DNA from: a virus
Lineage: Duplodnaviria; Caudoviricetes
Reading direction: 5' to 3' (one strand)
IMG/VR virus record: IMGVR_UViG_3300047300_000237
Location: 1 to 57,109 of that record
Length of the DNA stretch: 57,109 bases
Shown: piece after piece, positions 18,706-29,119 of the stretch
Position numbering within the stretch: position 1 is the stretch's first letter
Layout: every line of letters starts with the position of its first letter
The notes under the pieces: model-generated
What the model was told of the DNA's origin: nothing
Database searches by the model: none
The model's input: only the letters and a program-made list of their open reading frames with translations
Program-made: the position numbers and the translations under genes

Positions 18706-19409
18706 TGAGTGAAGTTAATCTAATCGGTATTACCAAGCCGAGTGCCTATACAGAATGTACCACTGCAAATGAACTTGTTGCATGGGCAGCAAGAGTTTCT
18801 AATCCTTCAAATCAAAACAATACAGCAACCGCACCCAAGTTGGTTCGATATCTTATTCAGAACCAGCATTGGTCACCACTGGAGATGGTTCATGTCAGCA
18901 TGGAAATCCGAACAACCAGAGATATCGCCCGTCAAATCTTGCGGCATCGTTCTTTCTCATTCCAAGAGTTCAGTCAGCGTTACGCTGATCCAACCAAGGA
19001 TCTTGGATTTGTTACAAGGGAAGCCCGACTCCAAGATGCAAAGAATCGACAGAATTCCGTCGAACTAACTCCCGATGAAAATCGTCTCGCAGAAGAGTGG
19101 AATGTTATGCAGAAGCAGGCGTTGAATGCTGCTAACATGGCATATCAGTGGGCAATCGAACGCGGCATCGCCAAGGAACAGGCGCGAGTTGTTCTGCCAG
19201 AGGGTAATACTGAGTCAGTGATGATCATGGCAGGGTCGCTTCGTAGTTGGGTTCACTACTGCCAACTTCGTATGGATAAGGCCACTCAGAAAGAACACCG
19301 TATCGTAGCAGAACAGTGCTGGGAAATTATTGGTCAGCACTTCCCTGATGTAATCAAAGCCCTAGATGACATGAAGGCATGGGATGAGTTCGAAAGAAAA
19401 CTACCTTGA
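18705..19409 (+). CDS. thyX: Flavin-dependent thymidylate synthase
   Basis: HWSPLE, RQILRHRSFSFQEFSQRY signature. Confidence 0.97.
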   Translation: MSEVNLIGITKPSAYTECTTANELVAWAARVSNPSNQNNTATAPKLVRYLIQNQHWSPLEMVHVSMEIRTTRDIARQILRHRSFSFQEFSQRYADPTKDLGFVTREARLQDAKNRQNSVELTPDENRLAEEWNVMQKQALNAANMAYQWAIERGIAKEQARVVLPEGNTESVMIMAGSLRSWVHYCQLRMDKATQKEHRIVAEQCWEIIGQHFPDVIKALDDMKAWDEFERKLP

Positions 19410-19494
19410 CCAAAATACCAGGCACCTTTGAATCTCGGCAAGTCGCCTTTTTTTCGCGCCAAAATTTTGACTCCGAAAAGTCGGGAAGTAATTG

Positions 19495-20220
19495 ATGCGG
19501 ATATTGCTAACTGGTCATGAGGGATTTATCGGAAGGAATGCAATGCGTATTCTTTCCGAAGACTTTGAAGTTATTCCTTATGAAGGTGATATTAGAGATT
19601 TCAAAATCTCCGAATATTACTATGCCGTTCTTCACTTAGCAGCCCTTGCTGGTGTTAGAAAGAGTTGGGAAAATCCAGAAGAATATTGGGATGTAAATGT
19701 CACTGGATCAAAGAAAGTTTTCGATGAATGTAATAGACTAAATCTTCGGTGTGTCTATGCTTCGTCTTCATCTGTTTACGAATGGTGGAAGAATCCATAC
19801 GCAACTAGCAAGAAAGCGATGGAAGAACTTGCGCCAAAATATTCAGTTGGTATGAGATTTCATACAGTTTACGGACCAGACTCTAGACCAGATATGTTCT
19901 ATGATATGATGCTTAATAATAAAGTAGAATATCTAACGGAACACAAACGAGACTGGACACATGTTGAAGATGTTGTTTCTGCAATTAAAATTATCTTGAC
20001 AGACACTAGAATTTCTGATATCCTAGATATAGGAACAGGGCAGCCAGTTTCTGTTATTGATGTCGCTAATGCGTATGGCTATAGAGATGTGCCAATAAAA
20101 GAAGTTTTTGGTGAAAGAGAAATCACTCATGCCGATACTTCTAAGTTACTCGCTATGGGCTGGAAACCTAAGTTCAACATTCTAGAGGAAGCACGAAATG
20201 CCAGAAACAGTCAAAGTTAA
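19495..20220 (+). CDS. NAD-dependent epimerase/dehydratase
   Basis: TGHEGFIG, HLAA, ASSSSVY, YATSK, RFHTVYG. Confidence 0.92.
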   Translation: MRILLTGHEGFIGRNAMRILSEDFEVIPYEGDIRDFKISEYYYAVLHLAALAGVRKSWENPEEYWDVNVTGSKKVFDECNRLNLRCVYASSSSVYEWWKNPYATSKKAMEELAPKYSVGMRFHTVYGPDSRPDMFYDMMLNNKVEYLTEHKRDWTHVEDVVSAIKIILTDTRISDILDIGTGQPVSVIDVANAYGYRDVPIKEVFGEREITHADTSKLLAMGWKPKFNILEEARNARNSQS

Positions 20221-20740
20221 TTATGATCCTATTTCAGAAGAATATTATATTGCATGGGAAGGCTTTGAAGAGGCTGGTTTTAAGCCCGGTGATACTGTAA
20301 TATGGCAAGATAATGAAGATGGAAGTTTTACGCTAAAGAAAGAAGAAAATATGAGTTATCAGAATGATGTTGAAAAGTTTATGGCCGCGGCCGATCAGTA
20401 TATTGGCGCAACTCCACATCTTAACGAAAATAACGAGGATCAAGCCAAACTATATATTGATCTAATCGATGAAGAGTTTCGCGAGTTGTGCGATGGGTTT
20501 CTTCGTCGGCACATCGGTGACATTGCAGATGGTGGCGCAGATTTGGTTTGGGTTGTCAAGGGACTTTTCACGACTCTGGGCATCAACTTCGATCAGGTCT
20601 GGGAAGAAGTTCGTGCATCTAATATGAGCAAGGTTTCCGAGGGTGGCAAGATCAAGAAGCGGGCTGACGGTAAGATCCTGAAGCCAGATACATATTTTAA
20701 GCCCGATATTGAACGGGTATTGAAGGAACAGGGTCTATAA
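20198..20740 (+). CDS. MazG-like NTP pyrophosphohydrolase with N-terminal AbrB-like domain
   Basis: EEFREL, IADGGADL, SNMSK, DGKILKP; N-terminal GFKPGDTVIWQDNEDGSFTLKK. Confidence 0.8.
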   Translation: MPETVKVNYDPISEEYYIAWEGFEEAGFKPGDTVIWQDNEDGSFTLKKEENMSYQNDVEKFMAAADQYIGATPHLNENNEDQAKLYIDLIDEEFRELCDGFLRRHIGDIADGGADLVWVVKGLFTTLGINFDQVWEEVRASNMSKVSEGGKIKKRADGKILKPDTYFKPDIERVLKEQGL

Positions 20741-22540
20741 ATGGCAAAAGAAAACTATCTCGGAATTGAAATCGATCTGTCGCGTGACAGCCTGTTTGAT
20801 AAACTAGGCATCCAGCGCCTACAGGAATCGTATATGCGGGACGATGAAACTTCTCCGCAGCATAGGTTTGCTTTTGTATCGAAGACTTTTGGTTCTAATC
20901 CTGAACATGCCCAGCGCCTGTATGAGTATGCGTCAAAGCACTGGCTCTCGTATGCAACTCCTATTCTTTCGTTTGGTCGATCCAAGCGCGGAATGCCTAT
21001 CAGTTGCTTTTTGAACTTTATTGATGATACAGCGGAGGGACTAGTTGACAATCTATCAGAAACGAATTGGCTATCTATGCTTGGCGGTGGCGTTGGGATT
21101 GGGTTCGGTATTCGTGCCGCCGACGACAAGTCTACTGGGGTTATGCCTCACCTTCGCACTTATGATGCATCTTCTATGGCGTATCGTCAAGGGCGAACGA
21201 GACGAGGGAGTTATGCTGCTTATCTTGATATCAGTCATCCTGACATCGCTCTATTTCTAGAGATGCGTAAGCCAACGGGCGATCCGAACATGCGGGCGCT
21301 CAACTTGCACCACGGTGTTAATATCACCGACGACTTCATGCAAATTATCGAACGTTGCATGACCGACAAGGATGCAGATGATAGTTGGAATCTAGTCGAC
21401 CCTGCATCAAAGGAAATTCGTGATACTGTATCTGCTAAAGAACTTTGGCAGAAGATTCTCGAACTTCGAATGATGACTGGTGAACCATATATTCACTTCA
21501 TCGATACTTCGAACCGTCATCTTCCAGATTTTCAGAAGGCACTTGGTCTAAAGATTAATCAGTCAAATCTTTGCTCGGAAATCATTTTGCCAACTGACAA
21601 GAAGCGCACCGCTGTTTGCTGTTTGTCTTCTGTCAATCTAGAATACTATGATGCATGGTCGCGTGATCCTCTGTTCCTGCGTGATATGGCAGAAATGCTT
21701 GACAATGTTCTACAGTATTTTATCGATAACGCACCCAAGCAGGTTGCCCGTGCAATCTATTCAGCAAAGCGTGAACGCTCTATTGGTATCGGCGCTCTAG
21801 GATTCCATGCTTATCTCCAGCGCAAGGGTATTGCGTGGGAATCTGCTGTGGCTAAGGGCGTGAATATGCGTATCTTCAAGCATATCAAATCAAAGTTGGA
21901 TGCTGCCAATCTAGAACTTGGCGCAGAACGAGGAGAAGCACCGGATGCCGCGGGCACTGGCCGCCGTTTCAGTCACATGCAGGCCATCGCGCCAAATGCG
22001 TCTTCGTCTATCATCATGGGTAATACCAGTCCGTCGATTGAACCCTGGCGTGCCAACGCATATCGCCAAGATACTCTATCTGGTTCATTCCTGAATAAGA
22101 ACAAGTACCTCGACAAGATTATTCAAGAAGAAGCCAAGAACCGCAAGGAAGACTGGTATAACGAAACTTGGTCGTCAATTATCGCAAATGATGGCTCTGT
22201 CCAGCATCTAACTTGGATGGATGAAAACACGAAAAACATATATAAGACATCAATGGAAATTGATCAGCGGTGGGTTATTGAGCATGCCGCAGACCGACAG
22301 AAGTTTATTGATCAGGCACAGTCCCTCAATATTTTCTTCCGTCCGGATGCCAATATTAAGTATCTCCATGCGGTACATTATCTAGCATGGAAACAAGGTC
22401 TAAAAACGCTATACTACTGCCGCTCCGAAAAGATCGGTAAAGCAGATAAGGTTTCGAAGAAGATTGAGCGAGAAGCGATTAAGGAAATCGACTTTCAGGC
22501 AATGATCGACGGCGATACCTGTGTAGCCTGCGAGGGGTAA
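20741..22540 (+). CDS. nrdA: Class I ribonucleotide reductase alpha subunit
   Basis: PISCF, SNLCSEI, APNASSS, KTLYY, C-terminal CVACEG; no obvious ATP cone. Confidence 0.97.
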   Translation: MAKENYLGIEIDLSRDSLFDKLGIQRLQESYMRDDETSPQHRFAFVSKTFGSNPEHAQRLYEYASKHWLSYATPILSFGRSKRGMPISCFLNFIDDTAEGLVDNLSETNWLSMLGGGVGIGFGIRAADDKSTGVMPHLRTYDASSMAYRQGRTRRGSYAAYLDISHPDIALFLEMRKPTGDPNMRALNLHHGVNITDDFMQIIERCMTDKDADDSWNLVDPASKEIRDTVSAKELWQKILELRMMTGEPYIHFIDTSNRHLPDFQKALGLKINQSNLCSEIILPTDKKRTAVCCLSSVNLEYYDAWSRDPLFLRDMAEMLDNVLQYFIDNAPKQVARAIYSAKRERSIGIGALGFHAYLQRKGIAWESAVAKGVNMRIFKHIKSKLDAANLELGAERGEAPDAAGTGRRFSHMQAIAPNASSSIIMGNTSPSIEPWRANAYRQDTLSGSFLNKNKYLDKIIQEEAKNRKEDWYNETWSSIIANDGSVQHLTWMDENTKNIYKTSMEIDQRWVIEHAADRQKFIDQAQSLNIFFRPDANIKYLHAVHYLAWKQGLKTLYYCRSEKIGKADKVSKKIEREAIKEIDFQAMIDGDTCVACEG

Positions 22541-22544
22541 ACTA

Positions 22545-22781
22545 ATGACACAATATTTTGCACAAATAGTATCAAAGCCAGATTGCCCGTATTGCGTAAA
22601 GGCAAAAGAGTTCATGCTTGGCATGGATATTCAATATACTGAAATGGTAGTCGGTAAGGACTGCCAGTGGGAAGATGTTACAGCACAACTTCCTGGTGTG
22701 ACTACTGTTCCTCAAATTTGGATCAATGGTGAGCATGTTGGTGGTTATGATGATCTAGTAAATTGGGCAGCGGAGGTATAA
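22545..22781 (+). CDS. Glutaredoxin
   Basis: CPYC, TVPQI, GGY. Confidence 0.95.
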   Translation: MTQYFAQIVSKPDCPYCVKAKEFMLGMDIQYTEMVVGKDCQWEDVTAQLPGVTTVPQIWINGEHVGGYDDLVNWAAEV

Positions 22782-23755
22782 TGTCTAATCTTTTGAGCGA
22801 ACGCTCGTATTTCAAGCCTTTTAATTATCCTTGGGCATATGACGCCTGGTTGAAGCATGAACAGTCGCACTGGCTTCATACCGAAGTTCCAATGTTGGAA
22901 GATGTCAACGATTGGAAGAAGCGTCTAAAGCCAGAAGAGAAGCATTTTCTCACTAATATTTTTCGTTTCTTTACACAGGGCGATATCGATGTTGCGGGTG
23001 GCTATGTAAAGAACTATCTACCATATTTCCCTCAGCCTGAAATCCGTATGATGTTGATGGGATTCGCAGCAAGGGAGGCGCTCCATGTGGCAGCCTACTC
23101 ACACCTTATTGAAACTCTGGGTATGCCTGAAACAACGTACCAAGAATTTCTCGAATACGACTCCATGCGCGCCAAGCACGACTACTTTACAGATTTGTCG
23201 AATGCAAATGGAACGCCAGAGTCCGTCGCTACCAACATTGCCGCGTTTAGTGCATTCACTGAGGGTATGCAACTGTTCTCATCCTTCATCATGCTCCTCA
23301 ACTTCCCTCGTCACGGAAAAATGAAGGGTATGGGACAGATTGTCACTTGGTCGATTGTTGATGAAACGCAACACGCCGAGTCGATGATCAAGTTGTTTCG
23401 TGCATATGTTGAAGAAAATCGTGAACTTTGGAACGATGAATTGAAGTCTAGCATTTACACTATCGCAGAAAAGATGGTAGAACTTGAAGACAAGTTTATC
23501 GAACTTTCATTCTCCATGGGCGCGATGGAAAATCTGACAGAAGAAGATGTAAAGAAGTATATTCGTTATATTTGTGATCGTCGCTTGATTAGCCTTGGTA
23601 TGAAGGGAATCTTTAAGGTAAAGAAGAATCCTCTGCCTTGGGTAGAAGAAATGATTAATGCGCCTACTCATACAAACTTCTTTGAAAATCGTGCTACAGA
23701 TTATGCTAAGGGTGCCCTGTCTGGTAGTTGGGAAACAGTCTGGGCAAAAGCGTAA
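22781..23755 (+). CDS. nrdB: Ribonucleotide reductase beta subunit
   Basis: EALHVAAY, EGMQLFSSF, DETQH, NFFENRATDY. Confidence 0.97.
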   Translation: MSNLLSERSYFKPFNYPWAYDAWLKHEQSHWLHTEVPMLEDVNDWKKRLKPEEKHFLTNIFRFFTQGDIDVAGGYVKNYLPYFPQPEIRMMLMGFAAREALHVAAYSHLIETLGMPETTYQEFLEYDSMRAKHDYFTDLSNANGTPESVATNIAAFSAFTEGMQLFSSFIMLLNFPRHGKMKGMGQIVTWSIVDETQHAESMIKLFRAYVEENRELWNDELKSSIYTIAEKMVELEDKFIELSFSMGAMENLTEEDVKKYIRYICDRRLISLGMKGIFKVKKNPLPWVEEMINAPTHTNFFENRATDYAKGALSGSWETVWAKA

Positions 23756-23785
23756 ACAAATAAATAAAAGTTTAGGAGAAAATAC

Positions 23786-24094
23786 ATGGGTAAAAGAGTT
23801 ACAATTACAACAACAAGACAAGATCCATCTACACCATGGTTTCATGAGACAGACCAAGGCAGTTCTGTAGATCAGGCTGTATCCGAAGAACAAACATTTT
23901 TGATGAGCAATTACGAAAATGTATCTTTTAGTCGAACATCTACCGATACTACATTAACACTAACTTTAGATTTTGCGGACGCTGCAATTTTTGATCAATA
24001 TGCGGCCCTTATCGTAAATAATCTCGAATCTCCATATAGAACATACTGCGATGCTAATAACATGACAGTATCTAGAGATATTACTGATATCTAA
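23786..24094 (+). CDS. Hypothetical protein
   Basis: AGGAG RBS; AATAAATA late-like box at 23759. Confidence 0.7.
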   Translation: MGKRVTITTTRQDPSTPWFHETDQGSSVDQAVSEEQTFLMSNYENVSFSRTSTDTTLTLTLDFADAAIFDQYAALIVNNLESPYRTYCDANNMTVSRDITDI

Positions 24095-24095
24095 T

Positions 24096-24251
24096 ATGGA
24101 AGAACTAGAATGTTTTTCATGTGATGCCGTGTTTTTGGTAGAACATGATCAAGATCCTGAATATTATTCGATAAAGCATTGCCCGTTTTGCGGTACTAAG
24201 ATTTCAGAAGAGGAAAGCCTCGACTGGGATGAGTGGGACGAAGACGAATAA
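24096..24251 (+). CDS. 51-aa zinc-ribbon protein (absent from ORF track)
   Basis: CFSC...CPFCG with acidic tail. Confidence 0.75.
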   Translation: MEELECFSCDAVFLVEHDQDPEYYSIKHCPFCGTKISEEESLDWDEWDEDE

Positions 24252-24273
24252 ATAGTTCACTTTGGAGTGAACT

Positions 24274-24627
24274 ATGGCTATTAAAAAGAAGAAGCCGTCG
24301 CCAAAGAAAGTGCATAGAGTATATTGCACCTACTTTGACGACGGCAAATTTTATATTGGTTATTCATGTAAGACCGATAAACTATTTGAGAAATATTTCG
24401 GTAGTTCTTCGTATGTGACTAACTATGAAGGCGAAATGCGTAAAGAAGTGGTGGCTGAATATGACAGCAAATCACACGCTAAAGCCGTTGAACATATTCT
24501 ACAGTGGGAATATCGATTTGATGATCGGTGTATAAATGATATGTGGAATGTTCGTTTGCGTCTATCGCATTTGAAAGACTTAAAGATACCTGATTGGAGA
24601 CCTGGATGTTTTTCGCAGCACTCTTAA
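24274..24627 (+). CDS. Small GIY-YIG family nuclease-like protein
   Basis: RVY...FYIG, YFGSS, conserved E and N. Confidence 0.7.
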   Translation: MAIKKKKPSPKKVHRVYCTYFDDGKFYIGYSCKTDKLFEKYFGSSSYVTNYEGEMRKEVVAEYDSKSHAKAVEHILQWEYRFDDRCINDMWNVRLRLSHLKDLKIPDWRPGCFSQHS

Positions 24628-25580
24628 TGCTAGTAGCCCTAGCGATTACTGGTGTCGCTGGTTACTTTTCGATATTAGGTTTGATGGCAATTTTTCCTGC
24701 ATCACCTTTGGCCGTTGCGGCCATGGGTGTGGTACTAGAACTTGCAAAACTTGTAACAGCCAGTTGGGTATACAGAAACTGGAAGACAGCAAATAAACTA
24801 TTGAAATCATATTTTGTTGCTGCTGTATGTACCCTATCGTTTATTACCAGTATGGGTGTCTTTGGATATCTCAGTAAAGCGCACATTGAACACACCACTG
24901 TTGGTGGTTCAGCCCAGTTACAAATTGCACAACTAGAAAGCAAAAAAGAAGCGGCAGAAAGGAGACTAAAGAATGCACAAACATCTTTGGATACTCTGGA
25001 CCGACTCACTACTGGCGAAAATGTCCTCGATGCTAATTACATTCGAAATCGACAAAAGCGAGAACGTGCGGCCCTTAATAAGGAAATTGAGGGTGCGACT
25101 ACAGACATTCAGACTATTGAGGCTGATCTCATACCGCTCAAAACTGAAAACCTCAAACTCGAAGCCGAAGTAGGACCAATCAAATACGTTGCGGAACTAT
25201 TCTATGGTAGTGGTGATAACGCTACCATCGATAAAGCCGTGCGTATGATGATCATCGTTCTTATCTTTGTGTTCGATCCTCTGGCCATTCTATTGATAAT
25301 TGCTGCTAACATGACTCTTTTAGGGTTGACAAAGAAGCAAGAAGATAGTATAGTCGAAGATGTTGTGGTTGAAGAGTTTACTCCTGCGCCACCGACAAAG
25401 AAGTTGAAGGAAGTGGTTAGACGCGCCAAAAAGAACAAACAGAAGAAAGTGGAAGAAGTTCCCGATTTCTTTGCGTTTGAAAAGCATGTATCTACCCATG
25501 ACATTCCAGCACCTGACCCGCCGCGTAGAAATGCGAGAGGTCAAATCATAGTTGATGAAAGTAATATTAGGAGAATGTGA
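24606..25580 (+). CDS. Multi-TM membrane protein with coiled coil (conserved in T4-like phages)
   Basis: LELAKLVTASW, SMGVFGYLSKAH, EVGPIKY, FVFDPLAI. Confidence 0.8.
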   Translation: MFFAALLMLVALAITGVAGYFSILGLMAIFPASPLAVAAMGVVLELAKLVTASWVYRNWKTANKLLKSYFVAAVCTLSFITSMGVFGYLSKAHIEHTTVGGSAQLQIAQLESKKEAAERRLKNAQTSLDTLDRLTTGENVLDANYIRNRQKRERAALNKEIEGATTDIQTIEADLIPLKTENLKLEAEVGPIKYVAELFYGSGDNATIDKAVRMMIIVLIFVFDPLAILLIIAANMTLLGLTKKQEDSIVEDVVVEEFTPAPPTKKLKEVVRRAKKNKQKKVEEVPDFFAFEKHVSTHDIPAPDPPRRNARGQIIVDESNIRRM

Positions 25581-25581
25581 A

Positions 25582-25848
25582 ATGATGACTACTGTGGAAG
25601 CGATGCGCGAAGACCTTAAGAATAGTCTTCGCGCCAAGATTGGTACTGTGACTTTTACCAAACAGAATGGCGAAGAGCGAGTGATGCGTTGCACACTTCA
25701 GGATTCTATTCTTCCTAAGCAGGTAGACCTTGAAGAAGCGGTGCAGAAGAAGGGCCCCACTGATTCGCTGGCCGTATGGGATCTTGATAAGAACGCATGG
25801 CGCTCTTTTCGCTATGACTCTGTAATTTCAGTAACTTTTGAGGGTTGA
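25582..25848 (+). CDS. SH3/WYL-like beta-barrel protein (DUF2693-like)
   Basis: VTFTKQNGEERVMRCTL...WDLDKNAWRSFR. Confidence 0.8.
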   Translation: MMTTVEAMREDLKNSLRAKIGTVTFTKQNGEERVMRCTLQDSILPKQVDLEEAVQKKGPTDSLAVWDLDKNAWRSFRYDSVISVTFEG

Positions 25849-25897
25849 CAAAAGCCTTAATATATCGTATATTGAGATATATTAAGAAGGAGTGATC

Positions 25898-27013
25898 ATG
25901 TATAAACTTAAGGTACCCGTTGCAGAATCCAAGTTTGTTGGCACCGAGCCTGTATGGGCTGATGGTTATGAGCCAGCAGACTATCAACGAGAATTCGGTA
26001 ATGCCCTGAACTGGTATAATTATATTGCCGACGCCAAAGATTGTCGAGCATTTTTGGTTGACTGGTTCAAGAGTGACAAGCAGAAGTTAAAGGCTCTTAG
26101 TCAGGTACCTGATAAGTTTCTTCCTCGAACCTATGCGAATACCGCTCGTATCGCTCTACGAGGGTTCCCAGTTAGCGAAGTTCATAAGAATCGCATCTGG
26201 GAAAAGGTAGAGGAAGTAGTCAATAAGCGCATCAAGTCCGACGAAGATGAGCCAACTGCCGAACCGACTGCCAAGATTGTCAAGCCAATCAAACTGGCAT
26301 CTACTTACATCCTTTCGGATGTCAATGACGAAATTGAAAATCTAATCAACGGCGAAGACACTAAAACTATGGGTCAGATCCTGATGCCATACAAGATGTC
26401 TGATAAGCAGTATATGGAATGTGCAGATAAGTTGCAGCCTCTTCTGGCAGAATATGCCGAAGTGCTTGAACTTCGTCGGACTAATCGTAAGACTTTGACC
26501 GAAGAACAGAAAGAGTTCATGGACTCTTTCCCATTCTCTGGCATCACAATCATCAAGAACATTGTTCAATTGATCGAAGGTTATATTAACGACCTCAAGA
26601 AGTCTTATATCAGCAAGTCTGTTGCCAAGGTTCGTAAGAAGAAGCCCAAGGACAAAACAAAGTTGGTCAAGGGCATCAAGTATCTTGCCGAAGATGAAAA
26701 GTTCGGTAAGAGCGTTGATCCTGTCAACCTTCTGAATTGTAGCGAAGTCTGGACTTTTGATACTAAGACCCGTAAGTTGTCTAAGTATTTCAGTCCGATC
26801 GGCGGTGGCATCACTGTGAAGGGTGCCTCGCTTATTGGCTATGAAGAGTCGATGTCCAGTTGCAAGTTGCTACGAAAGCCAGAAGATCAGATTCCTGCTT
26901 TTACTGCTACTGCCAAAAAAGACTTGACAAAGTGGTACTCTTCTGTTAAAAGTAAGACTGCGAATGTTCGCCCTCGACTTACGGCAACAACTCTAATTTT
27001 GAAAGTGTTTTAA
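25898..27013 (+). CDS. Conserved T4-like hypothetical protein
   Basis: ALNWYNY, FDTKTRKL, LRKPEDQ; TTGACA-17-TATATT promoter upstream. Confidence 0.8.
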   Translation: MYKLKVPVAESKFVGTEPVWADGYEPADYQREFGNALNWYNYIADAKDCRAFLVDWFKSDKQKLKALSQVPDKFLPRTYANTARIALRGFPVSEVHKNRIWEKVEEVVNKRIKSDEDEPTAEPTAKIVKPIKLASTYILSDVNDEIENLINGEDTKTMGQILMPYKMSDKQYMECADKLQPLLAEYAEVLELRRTNRKTLTEEQKEFMDSFPFSGITIIKNIVQLIEGYINDLKKSYISKSVAKVRKKKPKDKTKLVKGIKYLAEDEKFGKSVDPVNLLNCSEVWTFDTKTRKLSKYFSPIGGGITVKGASLIGYEESMSSCKLLRKPEDQIPAFTATAKKDLTKWYSSVKSKTANVRPRLTATTLILKVF

Positions 27014-27333
27014 TGGCAGACAATGATAATGTGACTTATCTGAAATTTCAGCCCAAGAATCCAGATGCTGAGGCATACAATTATTTTCTTGAGGGTGCCA
27101 CAGAATATGCGGCATATCAGGATGCAGAAGCCATGGCTGCTGCTTGTATGAATGGTATCATTCGACTTCTTGAGCGAAAGTTTGGTAGAGTCAATGATTC
27201 CATTAACGGTGATGCTGCTGTTATTGCTGTTCTACTACAGGGTGCGTTTATGCGTCAAGCGGGTGTAGAATGTCCAGAGACGCATCTGTTAGATGACATT
27301 CGCGAAATTCTAACTAAAAAGGTTACAGAATGA
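27013..27333 (+). CDS. Hypothetical protein
   Basis: Translationally coupled at both ends. Confidence 0.7.
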   Translation: MADNDNVTYLKFQPKNPDAEAYNYFLEGATEYAAYQDAEAMAAACMNGIIRLLERKFGRVNDSINGDAAVIAVLLQGAFMRQAGVECPETHLLDDIREILTKKVTE

Positions 27334-28211
27334 TTGTAGTAGACTTTAATCAGGTTGCAATTAGCAACATGATGGCAGAACTTGGTGGTCGCCGTGACGT
27401 AGAGGTTAATCTGCCTCTGATCCGTCACATGATCATCAATTCGATACGTTCTTACAAGCGCAAGTTTGGCGCCGAGTTTGGTGAAATTGTCATTGCATGT
27501 GACAATCGCCACTACTGGCGCCGTCAGTTCTTCCCGAACTACAAGGCTAATCGTAAGAAGAGTCGTGCGGATAGTGGCTTTGACTGGAATTCGATCTTCG
27601 AAGCCCTGCACCAAGTTCGCGCAGAATTGTCAGAACACTTCCCGTATCCTGTTATCGATGTTGATGGTGCAGAAGCCGATGACGTAATCGCAACTCTTGC
27701 TGAATATAGTCAGACTTCGAACACCGATGGTCTTCTGCCCAGTGCAGAGCCATTTCTGGTTCTCTCTGGTGATCACGACTTCAATCAATTACAGAAGTGG
27801 TCGAATGTCAAGCAATATGCTCCTGTGCAGAAGAAGTTTATCAAGTTGACAGAACGCCCAGAGGTTGTTCTCATGGAACATATCATTTCTGGTGACAAGG
27901 GCGACGGTGTGCCAAACATTCTGTCTAGTGATGATACGTTTGTCACTGGTTCACGCCAGCGTCCTATTCGCAAGAATCTGATCGCAGAGTGGAAGTACCA
28001 GCAGCCCGAACAATTCATCACCAATGATGAAATGTGGCGCAACTTCCAGCGCAATCGTGAACTTGTAGACTTGTCTCGTATTCCAGAAGATATCAAGGCT
28101 GCAATTATTGATAGTTACGAGAAGCAGAAGAATGGTGACCGCAGTGGTCTCCTGAACTACTTTATTGCCAATCGTATGAAGCAGATGATTGAGTTGATCG
28201 ATGAATTTTAA
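27330..28211 (+). CDS. rnh: T4 RNase H / 5'-3' flap exonuclease
   Basis: VDFNQ, YWRR..FPNYKANR, EADD, SGDHDF, GDKGDGVPN. Confidence 0.95.
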   Translation: MIVVDFNQVAISNMMAELGGRRDVEVNLPLIRHMIINSIRSYKRKFGAEFGEIVIACDNRHYWRRQFFPNYKANRKKSRADSGFDWNSIFEALHQVRAELSEHFPYPVIDVDGAEADDVIATLAEYSQTSNTDGLLPSAEPFLVLSGDHDFNQLQKWSNVKQYAPVQKKFIKLTERPEVVLMEHIISGDKGDGVPNILSSDDTFVTGSRQRPIRKNLIAEWKYQQPEQFITNDEMWRNFQRNRELVDLSRIPEDIKAAIIDSYEKQKNGDRSGLLNYFIANRMKQMIELIDEF

Positions 28212-28632
28212 TAACTCCGACGAACGAGTTGGCATCACCGCCAGTTGTTTTGACCTGTTTCACGCAGGTCATGTTCTTATGCTACAGGAAGCCAGGGAAC
28301 AATGTGATCGTCTTGTAGTTGCCCTACAGACTGATCCTACTATTGATCGTCCTGAGAAGAACAAGCCAGTCCAGTCTCTGGTAGAACGCTATATTCAAGT
28401 TGCCGCATGTAAGTATGTGGATGAAATTATTCCATATACTACGGAAGAGGACTTGCTAAATATACTACAATGTTACGACTGGGATGTTCGTATCATTGGT
28501 GAAGAATATTACGGTAAACCTTTTACTGGTCATGAATTGGGAATTGAAATGTATTACAACTCTCGTAGGCATGGCTTTAGCACAAGCGAATTGAGAAAGC
28601 GAATTGAAAATGGCAGAACGACTACAGCCTAA
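28201..28632 (+). CDS. Glycerol-3-phosphate cytidylyltransferase-like (TagD family)
   Basis: FDLFHAGH, IGEEY, RRHGFSTSELR. Confidence 0.9.
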   Translation: MNFNNSDERVGITASCFDLFHAGHVLMLQEAREQCDRLVVALQTDPTIDRPEKNKPVQSLVERYIQVAACKYVDEIIPYTTEEDLLNILQCYDWDVRIIGEEYYGKPFTGHELGIEMYYNSRRHGFSTSELRKRIENGRTTTA

Positions 28633-29119
28633 AAAGTTTAAGTATATCAACGAGGCTCTAGACTGGGCTACAGAGGTAAAGAACGTTGACGAATTGCGCG
28701 AACGGGTTCGTGCAATCTCTATGGGCAACTCTATTCTTATGCGCTTCCTTGCATGGGGCGTAGGTTACGAACAGGGCCCTTACAATTTTCCAGAGGGCAA
28801 GACGCCTCTTAAGGAAGAAGGTCTGCCCGACGGTATTGCAGATACCACTATCACGATGGAATTTCGTCGGCTTCTTTCTCTACTGCCGAATGGCGGCGCA
28901 AAGAATCTTCCGCAGTGGCGCAGAGAAGAAATCTGGCTACAAACATGCCAGGGTGTTCATCCGAAAGAAGCAGCGTTGCTGGATGCTGTGAAAGATCAGA
29001 AGATTTTGGATCTTTATCCATCTCTCGGTAATGTGCTTGAAGATTTTCTTGTTGGTTGGAAGAAGCCAGAGGTTAAGAAGAAGCGAGTATCAAAAAAGTC
29101 CGAGACGGTTTCGGAATAA
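28610..29119 (+). CDS. Conserved T4-like hypothetical protein (DUF6433-like)
   Basis: PEGKTP, RREEIWLQ..GVHPKEA.LL..VKD; ends in an A_AAA_AAG slippery site. Confidence 0.75.
   Translation: MAERLQPKKFKYINEALDWATEVKNVDELRERVRAISMGNSILMRFLAWGVGYEQGPYNFPEGKTPLKEEGLPDGIADTTITMEFRRLLSLLPNGGAKNLPQWRREEIWLQTCQGVHPKEAALLDAVKDQKILDLYPSLGNVLEDFLVGWKKPEVKKKRVSKKSETVSE

Noticed and set aside
19410-19494. Intergenic stretch after thyX as ncRNA or terminator
   Set aside because: Only a 3-bp GGC/GCC stem before the T-run; too weak to call
1-22540. Inteins or introns in gp43, gp41, thyX and nrdA
   Set aside because: ORFs are continuous and of normal or short length with no splicing motifs seen
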